Assembly: GCA_963756875.1 (NCBI GenBank)
Contig: CAVWPA010000003.1
Span: 384,001 to 448,000 of the forward strand
Source: an uncultured Verrucomicrobiae bacterium
Lineage (GTDB): Bacteria > Verrucomicrobiota > Verrucomicrobiia > Chthoniobacterales > UBA10450
Length of the DNA: 64,000 bases
Reading direction: 5' to 3'
Position 1 is the first letter of the stretch; every line of letters begins with the position of its first letter. A program made the translations under genes and the position numbers. The notes under the pieces were generated by a model. That model had not been told where the DNA came from. It did not search any database and was given only the letters and a program-made list of their open reading frames with translations. Shown one piece after another: positions 10,259 to 20,433 of this stretch.

Positions 10259-11173
10259 TTAGAATCTGAAATGCTCATTAACCTGAGATCCATGGATTGC
10301 TTCATGACAGCCGGCCGACCAGCAGGTCCCCTGCTGCAGGAAGCTGGAATGGTTGACATCTCCAATGAGAATCGTGCCGGCGGAAGTTTGCTGCTCGAAA
10401 TGGCACTTCAAACAGAGCGTCTGGTTCCGCTCGTTTAGCATTCGTTGATTCACCGAGCCATGCGGCGAGTGGCAGACCACGCAACCGTCGCGCACTGCCT
10501 CGTGTTCGTAAACAAACGGACCCCGTTGCGCGGTATGGCACTGGAAACAGATCTCATTTTCGCCAAGGAACGCGATGCCGCCGCCCTTGAGTGTCTGTTG
10601 CATACTGGTGCCGCCGCCTTTCATCGCCCTTCCCGCATGCGGGTTATGGCAATCGACGCAACTCATTTTGCCTTCCAGCACCGGGTGGTGATGCGGTAGT
10701 TCAAATTTCGCGCGTATCTCAAGATGGCACTGGAAACATGCCTCTGGCGATCGGCCGGGATTGATGATGGATCCCCGGCCCCCGCCGTTCGCAACATGGA
10801 TGCTTCCCGGGCCGTGACACGATTCGCACCCGATGTTTTTCGCGTTTTCTCCCTTTGTCATCAAACGGCCGTGCGTCGCCGTTTTGAAACTGCGCACGAT
10901 ATCTCCGTGGCATGTTTCGCAAGTATCGGAGCCGACATACTCGGCGCCGGGAATACTCGGCGGCGCCATGATGGTGCGATTGGTTTCGAAATTACTGCAC
11001 GAAAGCAGAATCACGGTCAGTGCGACCGTTCCCCCGACGCCCCACAACAACCTTTCGCGCTTACCATGGACCAATCGAGTTAGCCTTTGATGCCACACGC
11101 TACGCAGTTCTATCAGAAGCGCATTTGGTCGACTACGCATTTTTACGGCTAAAATTTTGCTCTGGAATTTCAT
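10259..11173 (-). CDS. MtrA/DmsE/PioA-family multiheme cytochrome c (8 heme motifs)
   Basis: 7 CxxCH plus CWSAGCH; family motifs GCESCHGPGS.H, HHPV.EG.MSC.DCH.PH, RGPFVYEH, CH..IHGS. Start uncertain. Confidence 0.85.
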   Translation of the reverse strand: MKFQSKILAVKMRSRPNALLIELRSVWHQRLTRLVHGKRERLLWGVGGTVALTVILLSCSNFETNRTIMAPPSIPGAEYVGSDTCETCHGDIVRSFKTATHGRLMTKGENAKNIGCESCHGPGSIHVANGGGRGSIINPGRSPEACFQCHLEIRAKFELPHHHPVLEGKMSCVDCHNPHAGRAMKGGGTSMQQTLKGGGIAFLGENEICFQCHTAQRGPFVYEHEAVRDGCVVCHSPHGSVNQRMLNERNQTLCLKCHFEQQTSAGTILIGDVNHSSFLQQGTCWSAGCHEAIHGSQVNEHFRF

Positions 11174-11195
11174 GAAGCTTGCCGTTCACGCAGGT

Positions 11196-11585
11196 CTATT
11201 CGTGGCCGCGCCAAGCTCGATATTCCGTGGGAGATTTTTTGTGGAGCTTTTTAAAAACGCGATTGAACTGCGACAACGATTGGAAACCGACCGCAAAGGC
11301 AATCTCGCTGATCCGAAAATCTCCGTTTCGCAGGAGCTGGCGCGCTTTCTCAATCCGTGTGCGAGCGACGTAATCGACGAACTTCAGGCCGGTGACGGTC
11401 TTGAACTTCTCGCTCAAATGGTTTGGGCTGATCTTGACTGCCTTGGCCACTTTGGCCAGGGAGAGTTTATCCGCCGAATGCTCCTCGATGAATTGACGTG
11501 CTCTCCAAATGTCCACGGGTTCGGCCCGATGGCCGTTGCGGCCCGGTGATTGGGAAAAGCGATCGAGGCGCGAGATCGGTTCCAT
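11196..11585 (-). CDS. Stand-alone AraC-family HTH protein (no sensor domain)
   Basis: ISEIAFAVGFQSLSQFNRVFKK AraC signature; only 129 aa. Confidence 0.9.
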   Translation of the reverse strand: MEPISRLDRFSQSPGRNGHRAEPVDIWRARQFIEEHSADKLSLAKVAKAVKISPNHLSEKFKTVTGLKFVDYVARTRIEKARQLLRNGDFRISEIAFAVGFQSLSQFNRVFKKLHKKSPTEYRAWRGHE

Positions 11586-11627
11586 GCCTCATCCAACTTC
11601 AATTGAAGTGACGGTTCTCGCCATGGC

Positions 11628-11653
11628 TTGGCAATCACTGGTCTAATCTTGTC
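11628..11653 (-). promoter_or_regulatory. 26-bp motif upstream of araC-mtrA-mtrB-like genes
   Basis: Coding strand GACAAGATTAGACCAGTGATTGCCAA matches CAA-N5-G-N4-G-N7-CAA. Confidence 0.7.
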
Positions 11654-11682
11654 GAAGTGCCGCTTCCAGCTCTTTTTGGCAG

Positions 11683-11708
11683 AGCAATTCCTGCACAGAA
11701 AAAGGCAA
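11683..11708 (+). promoter_or_regulatory. 26-bp motif upstream of 11770 gene
   Basis: AGCAATTCCTGCACAGAAAAAGGCAA; -10-like TAGCGT at 11739. Confidence 0.65.
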
Positions 11709-11769
11709 TTCCCGACGAGCGGCATCGACCCCTGGTGTTAGCGTTGCAGGCGAAAGAGAGGTAATTGAA

Positions 11770-12096
11770 ATGAGCGTATTCGCGACACCGCTTGGCAAAG
11801 ATGAAGTACGCGCGAAAAATGCAATCGCGGCCGCCATGAGCATCGTGCCTGGCTTGGGTCATATATATAAGGGGCATCTGGCAGCGGGCCTGATTTGGAT
11901 GTTCTTTGGAATGCCGTTCGCGATCTGGATCGGCATCCTGCTTGGTCTTGCGACCGGGGGCATCGGCCTGCTCTTCCCCATCGTATGCTGGGCGGCGCTG
12001 GCGTATGACGCCTATTACGAAAAAGATCTGCGCAGCCATCATTTTCTGCCGCCGTTGCTACCCCCATGGACGGATGACGACAACGTCGATGATTGA
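11770..12096 (+). CDS. Small membrane protein
   Basis: RBS GAGGT; hydrophobic segments with an SIVPGLGHIY.G motif. Confidence 0.7.
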   Translation: MSVFATPLGKDEVRAKNAIAAAMSIVPGLGHIYKGHLAAGLIWMFFGMPFAIWIGILLGLATGGIGLLFPIVCWAALAYDAYYEKDLRSHHFLPPLLPPWTDDDNVDD

Positions 12097-12208
12097 TTGA
12101 GCAGGCGTGATTTACCCCCGCGGGCGTTGGCAACTGCCGGAAATGCGGCTGCGCAAAGATTTCAGAATGATGAAAAATGAATCGACCATGTCCGATTATG
12201 TTGCACGC

Positions 12209-13909
12209 ATGAAGCCCCCGAAGAAATCTTCGCGCTCCTCTCCGGATTCTTTTCCCGCCACGATGCCCCTGGGGCAGTTTCTTTTCGAATACCTTTATCG
12301 CCGCGGCGTCCGCCACAGTTTCGGCATTCCAGGCGACTTCGCGCTTTCCACTTTTGTCTGGCTTGAAAAATCAAAAATCCAAAGCGTCACAACGACCCAT
12401 GAGCCTTGCGCCGGATTCGCCGCCGATGCTTATTCCCGCATCAATGGAATCGGTCTGGTCTGTGTTACCTACTGCGCCGGAGGTTTGAATGTTTTAAATG
12501 CCATCGCGGGCGCGTATGCCGAGAAATCGCCGGTAGTGGTCGTCAGCGGCGCGCCCGGCCGGAAAGATCGGGAAAAAGATCCGCTCCTTCACCACAAGGT
12601 GAAAACGTTCGAGACCCAGCGGCGAGTTTATGACGAAGTGACGGTTGCCAGCACTGTTCTGCTGGATGAGCAGCGGGCCGCCTCGGAGATTGTCCGTTGC
12701 GTTGAGGCATGCTTGCGCCACAAACGGCCGGTTTACATTGAAGTTCCGCACGACATGGTCGATCGCGAAATTCCGGTGAACGGCATTTCGGCCGGTATCC
12801 CTGAAAAATCCGATCTTCAGGCACTTGAGGCGGCGCTTGACGAGACGTTCTCCCTGATCCGCGCCGCAAAAAAACCGGTCATTCTCGCCGGAGTCGAACT
12901 GGCGCGCTATCGTACTGCGGGACTGGTCGTGCGGATGGCGGAGCGGATGAATATTCCGATTGCCGCCGATCTTTTAAGTAAGAGCGCGGTTCCTGAAAAT
13001 CATCGCCTTTATCTTGGCGTTTATGGCGGCGCGATGAGCAGCGACGAGCACGTTCGGAAGTATGTTGAGTCCGCCGATCTCGTTTTGATGCTCGGCACCT
13101 TTATCACCGATATGAGCATGGGCTTCTACACGGCGAAGCTCGACCGGAAGCGGACTGTCCTGGCGACGTCGGAGCGCGTGAACGTTCAGTATCACCGCTA
13201 CGAATCGATTCAGTTCCGCGATTTTCTCCAGGCACTGGCCACGGCAACGATCAAGCCCAAGCAGTTCAAACATCCGAACCCGCATGCCGCCCCTGTTCCG
13301 CTGAAGAAGGGCGAGCGCTCGGATCCGTTGGCGGTGGTTGATGTGTTCCGCATTCTTTCGTTGCACCTGGACGAGCGCTGCTGCGTTGTCGCCGATATCG
13401 GCGACGCCATCTTCGGCGCAGTCGGGATTCGCAGTGCGCGACAGGCGCAATTCATCGCGCAGGCATATTATATGTCGATGGGCTTTTCGGTGCCGGCCAG
13501 CATCGGCATTGCCCTGGCCAGTTCCAGGCTTCGCCCTTATGTCCTGGTCGGTGATGGCGCCTTTCAAATGACCGGAGCCGAAATCTCCACTGCTGTCCGG
13601 CTTGGGCTCAATCCCGTTATTATCATCCTCAATAACGACGGCTACGGCACCATGCGAAAAATCCATGATGGCAAGTTCAACGTCATCACCCAGTGGAACT
13701 ACGGCAAGATTTGCGAATTGGTTGGCGGTGGTGAAACCGCCAGGGCAACCACCAAGGGCGAGCTGGACGACGCCATCCGTGGCGCCCAAAAATCCGGCAA
13801 GTTAACTGTCATCGAAGTCAAAATTCCGCGTGACGACATGAGTCCTCAGCTGGCGAGAACCAGCGTCGAAGTCGCAAGAATGCGCGGCTGGAAAAAAGGC
13901 TCTGCCTGA
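12209..13909 (+). CDS. ThDP-dependent 2-oxoacid decarboxylase (pyruvate/indolepyruvate decarboxylase family)
   Basis: FGIPGDF, HE..AGFAADAYSRING, LLHH, GDGAFQMTG...NN ThDP motif. Start uncertain (12107-12263). Confidence 0.85.
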   Translation: MKPPKKSSRSSPDSFPATMPLGQFLFEYLYRRGVRHSFGIPGDFALSTFVWLEKSKIQSVTTTHEPCAGFAADAYSRINGIGLVCVTYCAGGLNVLNAIAGAYAEKSPVVVVSGAPGRKDREKDPLLHHKVKTFETQRRVYDEVTVASTVLLDEQRAASEIVRCVEACLRHKRPVYIEVPHDMVDREIPVNGISAGIPEKSDLQALEAALDETFSLIRAAKKPVILAGVELARYRTAGLVVRMAERMNIPIAADLLSKSAVPENHRLYLGVYGGAMSSDEHVRKYVESADLVLMLGTFITDMSMGFYTAKLDRKRTVLATSERVNVQYHRYESIQFRDFLQALATATIKPKQFKHPNPHAAPVPLKKGERSDPLAVVDVFRILSLHLDERCCVVADIGDAIFGAVGIRSARQAQFIAQAYYMSMGFSVPASIGIALASSRLRPYVLVGDGAFQMTGAEISTAVRLGLNPVIIILNNDGYGTMRKIHDGKFNVITQWNYGKICELVGGGETARATTKGELDDAIRGAQKSGKLTVIEVKIPRDDMSPQLARTSVEVARMRGWKKGSA

Positions 13910-14004
13910 TTGCGGATAGAGAGCTCACGACTCGACACAGCCGCAAACATCGGTTGTTGGCTTCCGGCCTTCTCTTCTAAATAGGAAGAGAAGGTCCCGT
14001 GCTA

Positions 14005-15369
14005 TCAGGACACGTGCTCAAATTGTGCCGTGAAGTGTCGCAAAAAGGGCGGCTCAAAGACTATTTTAAAGCCCTTGAGGCCATTTTTTCTTCGGGCGAT
14101 TCCTTCGAATCCCTCAAGAATGTAATCAAAATGACTTTGAGTATAGACCCGGCGCGGAAAGGCCATGCGGACCAGTTCCATCGCCGAGTTTTTTCCAAAC
14201 ATTACGGAACCGACTTCACAGGCCCGGATTCCCTCAGCGCGGTACATTTCGCAAACCAGAGCCTGCCCGGGAAATTGTTCGGGCGGGATCTGCGGGAGCA
14301 AAGCCCTGGCATCGATGTAAACGGCGTGACCGCCCGGCGGTTGAACCGTCGGAACACCGAGCTTGTTCAGACCTTGCGCCATGTATTGAGTCACCGCGAT
14401 TCGATAGGAGAGATAGCGTTCATCGAGAATCTCTTCCAGTCCGACCGCGATAGCTTCCAAATCCCGGGCCGCCAGGCCGCCATACGTCGGGAAGCCTTCT
14501 GTCAAAATCAACGCGCTGCGCAAGGTATGCAGCCACGTGTCGGCCTTGAGCGCAATGAAACCTCCGATGTTCGAGAGGCCGTCCTTTTTGGCGCTCATCA
14601 TGCAACCATCGGCGAGTGAAAAAGTTTCCAGGGCGATCTCGCGGACGTTGCGCTCACTCTGCCCGGTCTCGCGGAGTTTGATGAAGTAGCTGTTCTCGGC
14701 AAATCGACAAACATCCAGAATAAAGGGAATCCCGTATTTTTTGTAGATGACGGCCGCGCCGTGAAGATTCTCGAGGGAGACGGGCTGTCCGCCTCCGGTA
14801 TTATTGGTGATCGTGAGCATGCCCAGTGGAATCCGGTCCTTGAATTCTGCGCAAAACTCTTCGAGGCGCTGGAGATCGATATTGCCCTTGAATGGATGTG
14901 GATTTGCCGGATCTCTGCCTTCGGCGATGACGAGATCAACGGCTTCGCCGCCCAGTTGTTCAATATTGGCGCGAGTCGTGTCGAAGTGATTGTTCGATGG
15001 GATTTTCATTCCCGGCTTTACCAATGCGCCAAAGAGAAGGCGCTCGGCCGCCCGTCCCTGGTGCGTGGGGATGACATTCGGATAGCCGGTCAGATTTTTC
15101 ACGACTCTCTCGAATCGCTCGAAACTTTGCGATCCGGCGTAGCTTTCGTCGGCGATCATCATGGCGCCCCACTGAGCGGCGCTCATGGCCGATGTCCCGC
15201 TATCTGTCAGGAAATCAAAAGTGACATGCCTGGCGGCAACCAGGAAAAGGTTGTAGCCCGCTTTCTCAAGAATCTTCTCGCGCTCACTCCGGCTGAGCAT
15301 CGGAAGCGGCTCGACCATCTTGATCTTGAAAGGCTCGATAATCGTTCTTTGAGATTCGGGATCGTTCAT
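14005..15369 (-). CDS. tnaA: Tryptophanase
   Basis: Beta-eliminating lyase motifs LTDSGT, HQGR.AE, SAKKD (PLP Lys), with Trpase-type FDTT and LRHFTA. Confidence 0.8.
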   Translation of the reverse strand: MNDPESQRTIIEPFKIKMVEPLPMLSRSEREKILEKAGYNLFLVAARHVTFDFLTDSGTSAMSAAQWGAMMIADESYAGSQSFERFERVVKNLTGYPNVIPTHQGRAAERLLFGALVKPGMKIPSNNHFDTTRANIEQLGGEAVDLVIAEGRDPANPHPFKGNIDLQRLEEFCAEFKDRIPLGMLTITNNTGGGQPVSLENLHGAAVIYKKYGIPFILDVCRFAENSYFIKLRETGQSERNVREIALETFSLADGCMMSAKKDGLSNIGGFIALKADTWLHTLRSALILTEGFPTYGGLAARDLEAIAVGLEEILDERYLSYRIAVTQYMAQGLNKLGVPTVQPPGGHAVYIDARALLPQIPPEQFPGQALVCEMYRAEGIRACEVGSVMFGKNSAMELVRMAFPRRVYTQSHFDYILEGFEGIARRKNGLKGFKIVFEPPFLRHFTAQFEHVS

Positions 15370-16815
<1,446 letters not shown>

Positions 16816-16834
16816 TCAGTATTGTGAACCTTCT

Positions 16835-17410
16835 TCACGGATAGAGGTATTGCTTATGCCAGCCGTCTTTCGCGCGCGTGTAAAGGATGCGGTGGTGGCG
16901 GCGGAACGGTTTTCCTGTCCAGAATTCGATTTGCTCCGGCATCACGCGGAAACCCGACCAGAATGGCGGGCGCGGGATTTTGCCGATGCCGAATCGCAGG
17001 GTGGCCTTGGCCACCTCCGTTTCCAGTTCGAAATAACCCGGCATTGGTTGTGACTGCTTCGACGCCCACGCGCTGATCTGGCTCAAGCGCGGACGGGTCG
17101 CGAAGTACGCGTCGGCTTCTTCGTCGCTCACCACTTCCGCGCGTCCGCGAATGCGGACTTGTTTTTCAAGCTTCGCCCAATAAAAGCAGAGCGCGGCGCG
17201 CGGATCGTGCAGCAGCGCCTTCGTTTTCGGACTCTCCATGTTCGTGAAGAAAACGAATCCGTGCTCATCCACGCCTTTGAGCAGAAGCATCCTCGCATCG
17301 GGAGATCCATCCGCCTCCACGGTCGCCAAAGCCATGGCTGACGGTTCATCAATCCCGGAATCAATCGCTTCCTGAAGCCAGGTTTGAAAGAGTGCGATGG
17401 GATTGTCCAT
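16835..17410 (-). CDS. pdxH: Pyridoxamine 5'-phosphate oxidase
   Basis: RMLLLKG, KQVRIRG, YFATRPRLSQISAWASKQS, WSGFR, IEFW..R.H.R. Confidence 0.93.
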   Translation of the reverse strand: MDNPIALFQTWLQEAIDSGIDEPSAMALATVEADGSPDARMLLLKGVDEHGFVFFTNMESPKTKALLHDPRAALCFYWAKLEKQVRIRGRAEVVSDEEADAYFATRPRLSQISAWASKQSQPMPGYFELETEVAKATLRFGIGKIPRPPFWSGFRVMPEQIEFWTGKPFRRHHRILYTRAKDGWHKQYLYP

Positions 17411-17489
17411 AAAAGAGACGCGGGTATTAGGAATGGAGGCCAGCCGGACCGCGCGAAGACTGTCTGGACTTGAAGCCGTTAAATGAGGG

Positions 17490-17966
17490 ATGATGGCTGA
17501 AATGTTGCAAAAATTTTATCCTCATCTCCTCGCATTCCACGGATTGCTGCGCTGGTTTGTTCTGGCAACCGCTATCGTGGCGATTGTCGTTGCGGCCTCG
17601 GGTTGGAGCGGCAGAAAACCTTCCGGCCCTGCGCTTCGCCGATTCAGCATCCTGTTCGTCGCGTTCATGGACCTGGAATTTCTGGTTGGCCTGGTTTTGT
17701 ATTTCTGGGCTAGCCCGCTCATAAAAACAGCGTTTCAAAACATGTCGGCGGCAATGAAGGATCATCAACTGCGCTTCTTCACTGTGGAACATACGACATA
17801 TATGTTGCTGGCGGTTGTGTGCGCTCATGTTGGAGCCGCTCTCGCAAGAAAAGGCAGGACCGACCTGATGAAATATCGGGGCGCCACGATTTCATTTTGC
17901 CTTTCGCTGCTCCTCATTGTCGCTGGAATTCCGTGGTGGCGCCCATTGCTGCGGCTCGGTTCCTAG
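17490..17966 (+). CDS. Conserved 4-TM membrane protein with intramembrane His residues
   Basis: Four hydrophobic helices; FHGLLRW, VEHTTYM, CAHVG, GIPW. Confidence 0.7.
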   Translation: MMAEMLQKFYPHLLAFHGLLRWFVLATAIVAIVVAASGWSGRKPSGPALRRFSILFVAFMDLEFLVGLVLYFWASPLIKTAFQNMSAAMKDHQLRFFTVEHTTYMLLAVVCAHVGAALARKGRTDLMKYRGATISFCLSLLLIVAGIPWWRPLLRLGS

Positions 17967-19012
17967 CCGGAGGAGGCGGAGACATGAGATTTATTTCTTG
18001 TCGCCCAATCCCCGATCATTTTCTCCAAAGCTGCGATCCATAATGGATGCTCGTTGAGACAAGGAATCAGGGTCAACTCTTCGCCGCCACATTCGCGGAA
18101 TTTTTGCCGCCCGCGGATGCCGATTTCTTCCAGCGTTTCGAGACAGTCCGCGACGAAAGCAGGACAAATCACCAATAACTTTTTTGTTCCGGCTCTGGCC
18201 AGCGCTTCAATCGTGCGATCGGTGTAAGGTTGAAGCCAGGGATCCCGCCCAAGGCGCGACTGAAAAGCGATCGAGAATTTGTCGCTCGGCAGGCCGGCCA
18301 GCTCAGCAAATGCCTTCACTGTTTTAAAGCACTGCGCTCTGTAGCAGGTATCGTGTGCCGGGCTGCGTTCCGCGCAGCAGTTGTTTCGGGCCAGACAGTG
18401 ACAGTTCGTCGGATCGGATTTACGCAGATGCCTCTCGGGCACGCCATGAAAGCTGAAAAGTAAATGATCGTATTTCTGCCGCAGATAATCCGCTGCGCTC
18501 CCGACCAAGGCCGTAATGTAATCGGGCTGATCATAATAAGGAGGCATCACGCTCAGCGATATTTCCGGCGCGAGTTTCGATAGTAGCTGTTGTACACGAC
18601 GGACTGCGGTCTCGTAGCTCGACATGGCGTAATGCGGGAACATCGGAATCAGGAGCAGCTCTTTTACATTCTGCGCGCGCAGCTTTTCGATTGCTTTGCT
18701 GATTGACGGGTTTTGGTAGCGCATGGCCAGCTCGACCGGCAGGCGGACGCGCGCCTGCAATTCATCCCGCACTTTGAGACTGGTCACCACCAGGGGCGAG
18801 CCTTCCGGCGTCCAGATTTTATCGTACGCCTCGGCGGATTGCTTTGGGCGCGACGGCAAGATGGCAAGATGAACGATGCCGAACCGAATCGGATAGGGCG
18901 CATCCAGAACGCGCCCGTCCATGAGAAACTCGCGCAAATACTTCCGGACGTCGCCCACGCCTGGGGAAGCCGGTGAGCCAAGATTGACGAGTAAAACACC
19001 GCGCCCGATCAT
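17963..19012 (-). CDS. hemH: Ferrochelatase
   Basis: GVLLVNLGSP, FSFHGVP, FQSRLG..WL.P, FVADCLETLEEI. Confidence 0.95.
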   Translation of the reverse strand: MIGRGVLLVNLGSPASPGVGDVRKYLREFLMDGRVLDAPYPIRFGIVHLAILPSRPKQSAEAYDKIWTPEGSPLVVTSLKVRDELQARVRLPVELAMRYQNPSISKAIEKLRAQNVKELLLIPMFPHYAMSSYETAVRRVQQLLSKLAPEISLSVMPPYYDQPDYITALVGSAADYLRQKYDHLLFSFHGVPERHLRKSDPTNCHCLARNNCCAERSPAHDTCYRAQCFKTVKAFAELAGLPSDKFSIAFQSRLGRDPWLQPYTDRTIEALARAGTKKLLVICPAFVADCLETLEEIGIRGRQKFRECGGEELTLIPCLNEHPLWIAALEKMIGDWATRNKSHVSASSG

Positions 19013-20433
19013 GCCGTCGCCTGGAGGTGAAATGCGGCTGAACTCACTTTCAGCTTGGCGGGAACCGTGGCGAGATAACTTGCAACGCGTTCCGCCGCCT
19101 CCTGGCCGGAGACAATACAATCGGATACGGAAATCCCTTCGCGATAATGTCCCGCAAAGAATAGTCCGGGAGCGTTGAGCTCAGCTGCGCTCATGAGCCT
19201 CTTAAAGCGAGCGTAGCCGATGTTGTACTGCGGGATCGCCTTTGGAAACGTGACATGATGTTTGAAAGTCAGTTGGCCGGTCACGCCGAGCAGCACGCGC
19301 AAGTCCTCCAGTGTTATCTCGAACAACTCTTCTTCACTTCTCTGGGCCAATTCCGGCGAGCGGGCGCCGCCGAGGTAACTGGTGAGTGTTACGCAGCCGG
19401 CTGGCGCGCGATTTGGGAAAAGTGATGAGGAAAAAATGGTGCCGAGAATCCGGAACCCCTCCCCGCGCGGCACGAGCATGCCGAAACCATCCAGCGGATG
19501 CGCAACATCCTCGCGGCGGAATCCGAGAACGACACTGGCAACCGGCGGATAACGAATATCCGCCAGCGCGGCGAGATCGATGGAACGTCGCGATTGGATC
19601 TCAATTTTTGAAAGCCCGAAGGCGGGGGCCGCATACACGATCGCCGAATGCTCCGCGATTTCATTCATTCCCGAACTCACGCTCCAGCCATCACCGTTCT
19701 CGGTCAGTTTTGTCACCGGCGAAAGCAGGCGCACGTCGCGAGTCATCTTCGCGCGCAGAGTGTCGGGAAGGACCTGCAAACCCTCGTCAAAGGAGAATTT
19801 CTTCGCATTCGGTTTGGCCACCTCGTCCCGGTCTTTGCGCTCGCGCGCGCCCAGCACCTGGCCCTTAATCAGCGATCCGTATTTTTGTTCGAGCGCGTAT
19901 AATTTGGGAAAGGCTTGTTGGACCGAAAGCTTCTGCGGGTCGCCCGCGTAAATGCCGCCGACAAGCGCGTCGATGGCGCGATCGAGAAATTCCGCGCCCA
20001 ATCGGCGTCGAACAAATTCCGCTACGCTCTCTTCGCGGGTTTGATCCCCCGGCAGGATGAACGGCTCGAGAAGCAAACGCAGCTTCGCCGCCGGGGAGAA
20101 AAGCGGAGTCAGAATGAAACCGAGCGGCGAGCCCGGCATTTTTCTGAGACGCTTGCCGCGAACCAGATAGCGATTTTTCGCGGCCGGATGCGAGTAAAGT
20201 CGTCGCCCTGCCAAACCAAGATCTTCGACCAATGCCGCCACCTTTGGCGATGTTTCCAGAATCGTGTTCGGGCCGAACTCCGCCAGATAACCATCGCGAC
20301 GGACCGATTGAATCGCGCCGCCGACTCGATCGCCCGCTTCGTAGAGCGTCACGGGAATATTCTTTTGCTGAAGTTGAAACGCCGCTGTTAACCCGGTAAT
20401 CCCTCCGCCGATGATAGCGACCGGCGGTTTCAT
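19009..20433 (-). CDS. hemY: HemY-type proto/coproporphyrinogen oxidase
   Basis: IIGGGITGL FAD motif, EFGPNT, GIYAGDP..LS, AIPQY; ATGA overlaps with both neighbours. Confidence 0.9.
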   Translation of the reverse strand: MKPPVAIIGGGITGLTAAFQLQQKNIPVTLYEAGDRVGGAIQSVRRDGYLAEFGPNTILETSPKVAALVEDLGLAGRRLYSHPAAKNRYLVRGKRLRKMPGSPLGFILTPLFSPAAKLRLLLEPFILPGDQTREESVAEFVRRRLGAEFLDRAIDALVGGIYAGDPQKLSVQQAFPKLYALEQKYGSLIKGQVLGARERKDRDEVAKPNAKKFSFDEGLQVLPDTLRAKMTRDVRLLSPVTKLTENGDGWSVSSGMNEIAEHSAIVYAAPAFGLSKIEIQSRRSIDLAALADIRYPPVASVVLGFRREDVAHPLDGFGMLVPRGEGFRILGTIFSSSLFPNRAPAGCVTLTSYLGGARSPELAQRSEEELFEITLEDLRVLLGVTGQLTFKHHVTFPKAIPQYNIGYARFKRLMSAAELNAPGLFFAGHYREGISVSDCIVSGQEAAERVASYLATVPAKLKVSSAAFHLQATA

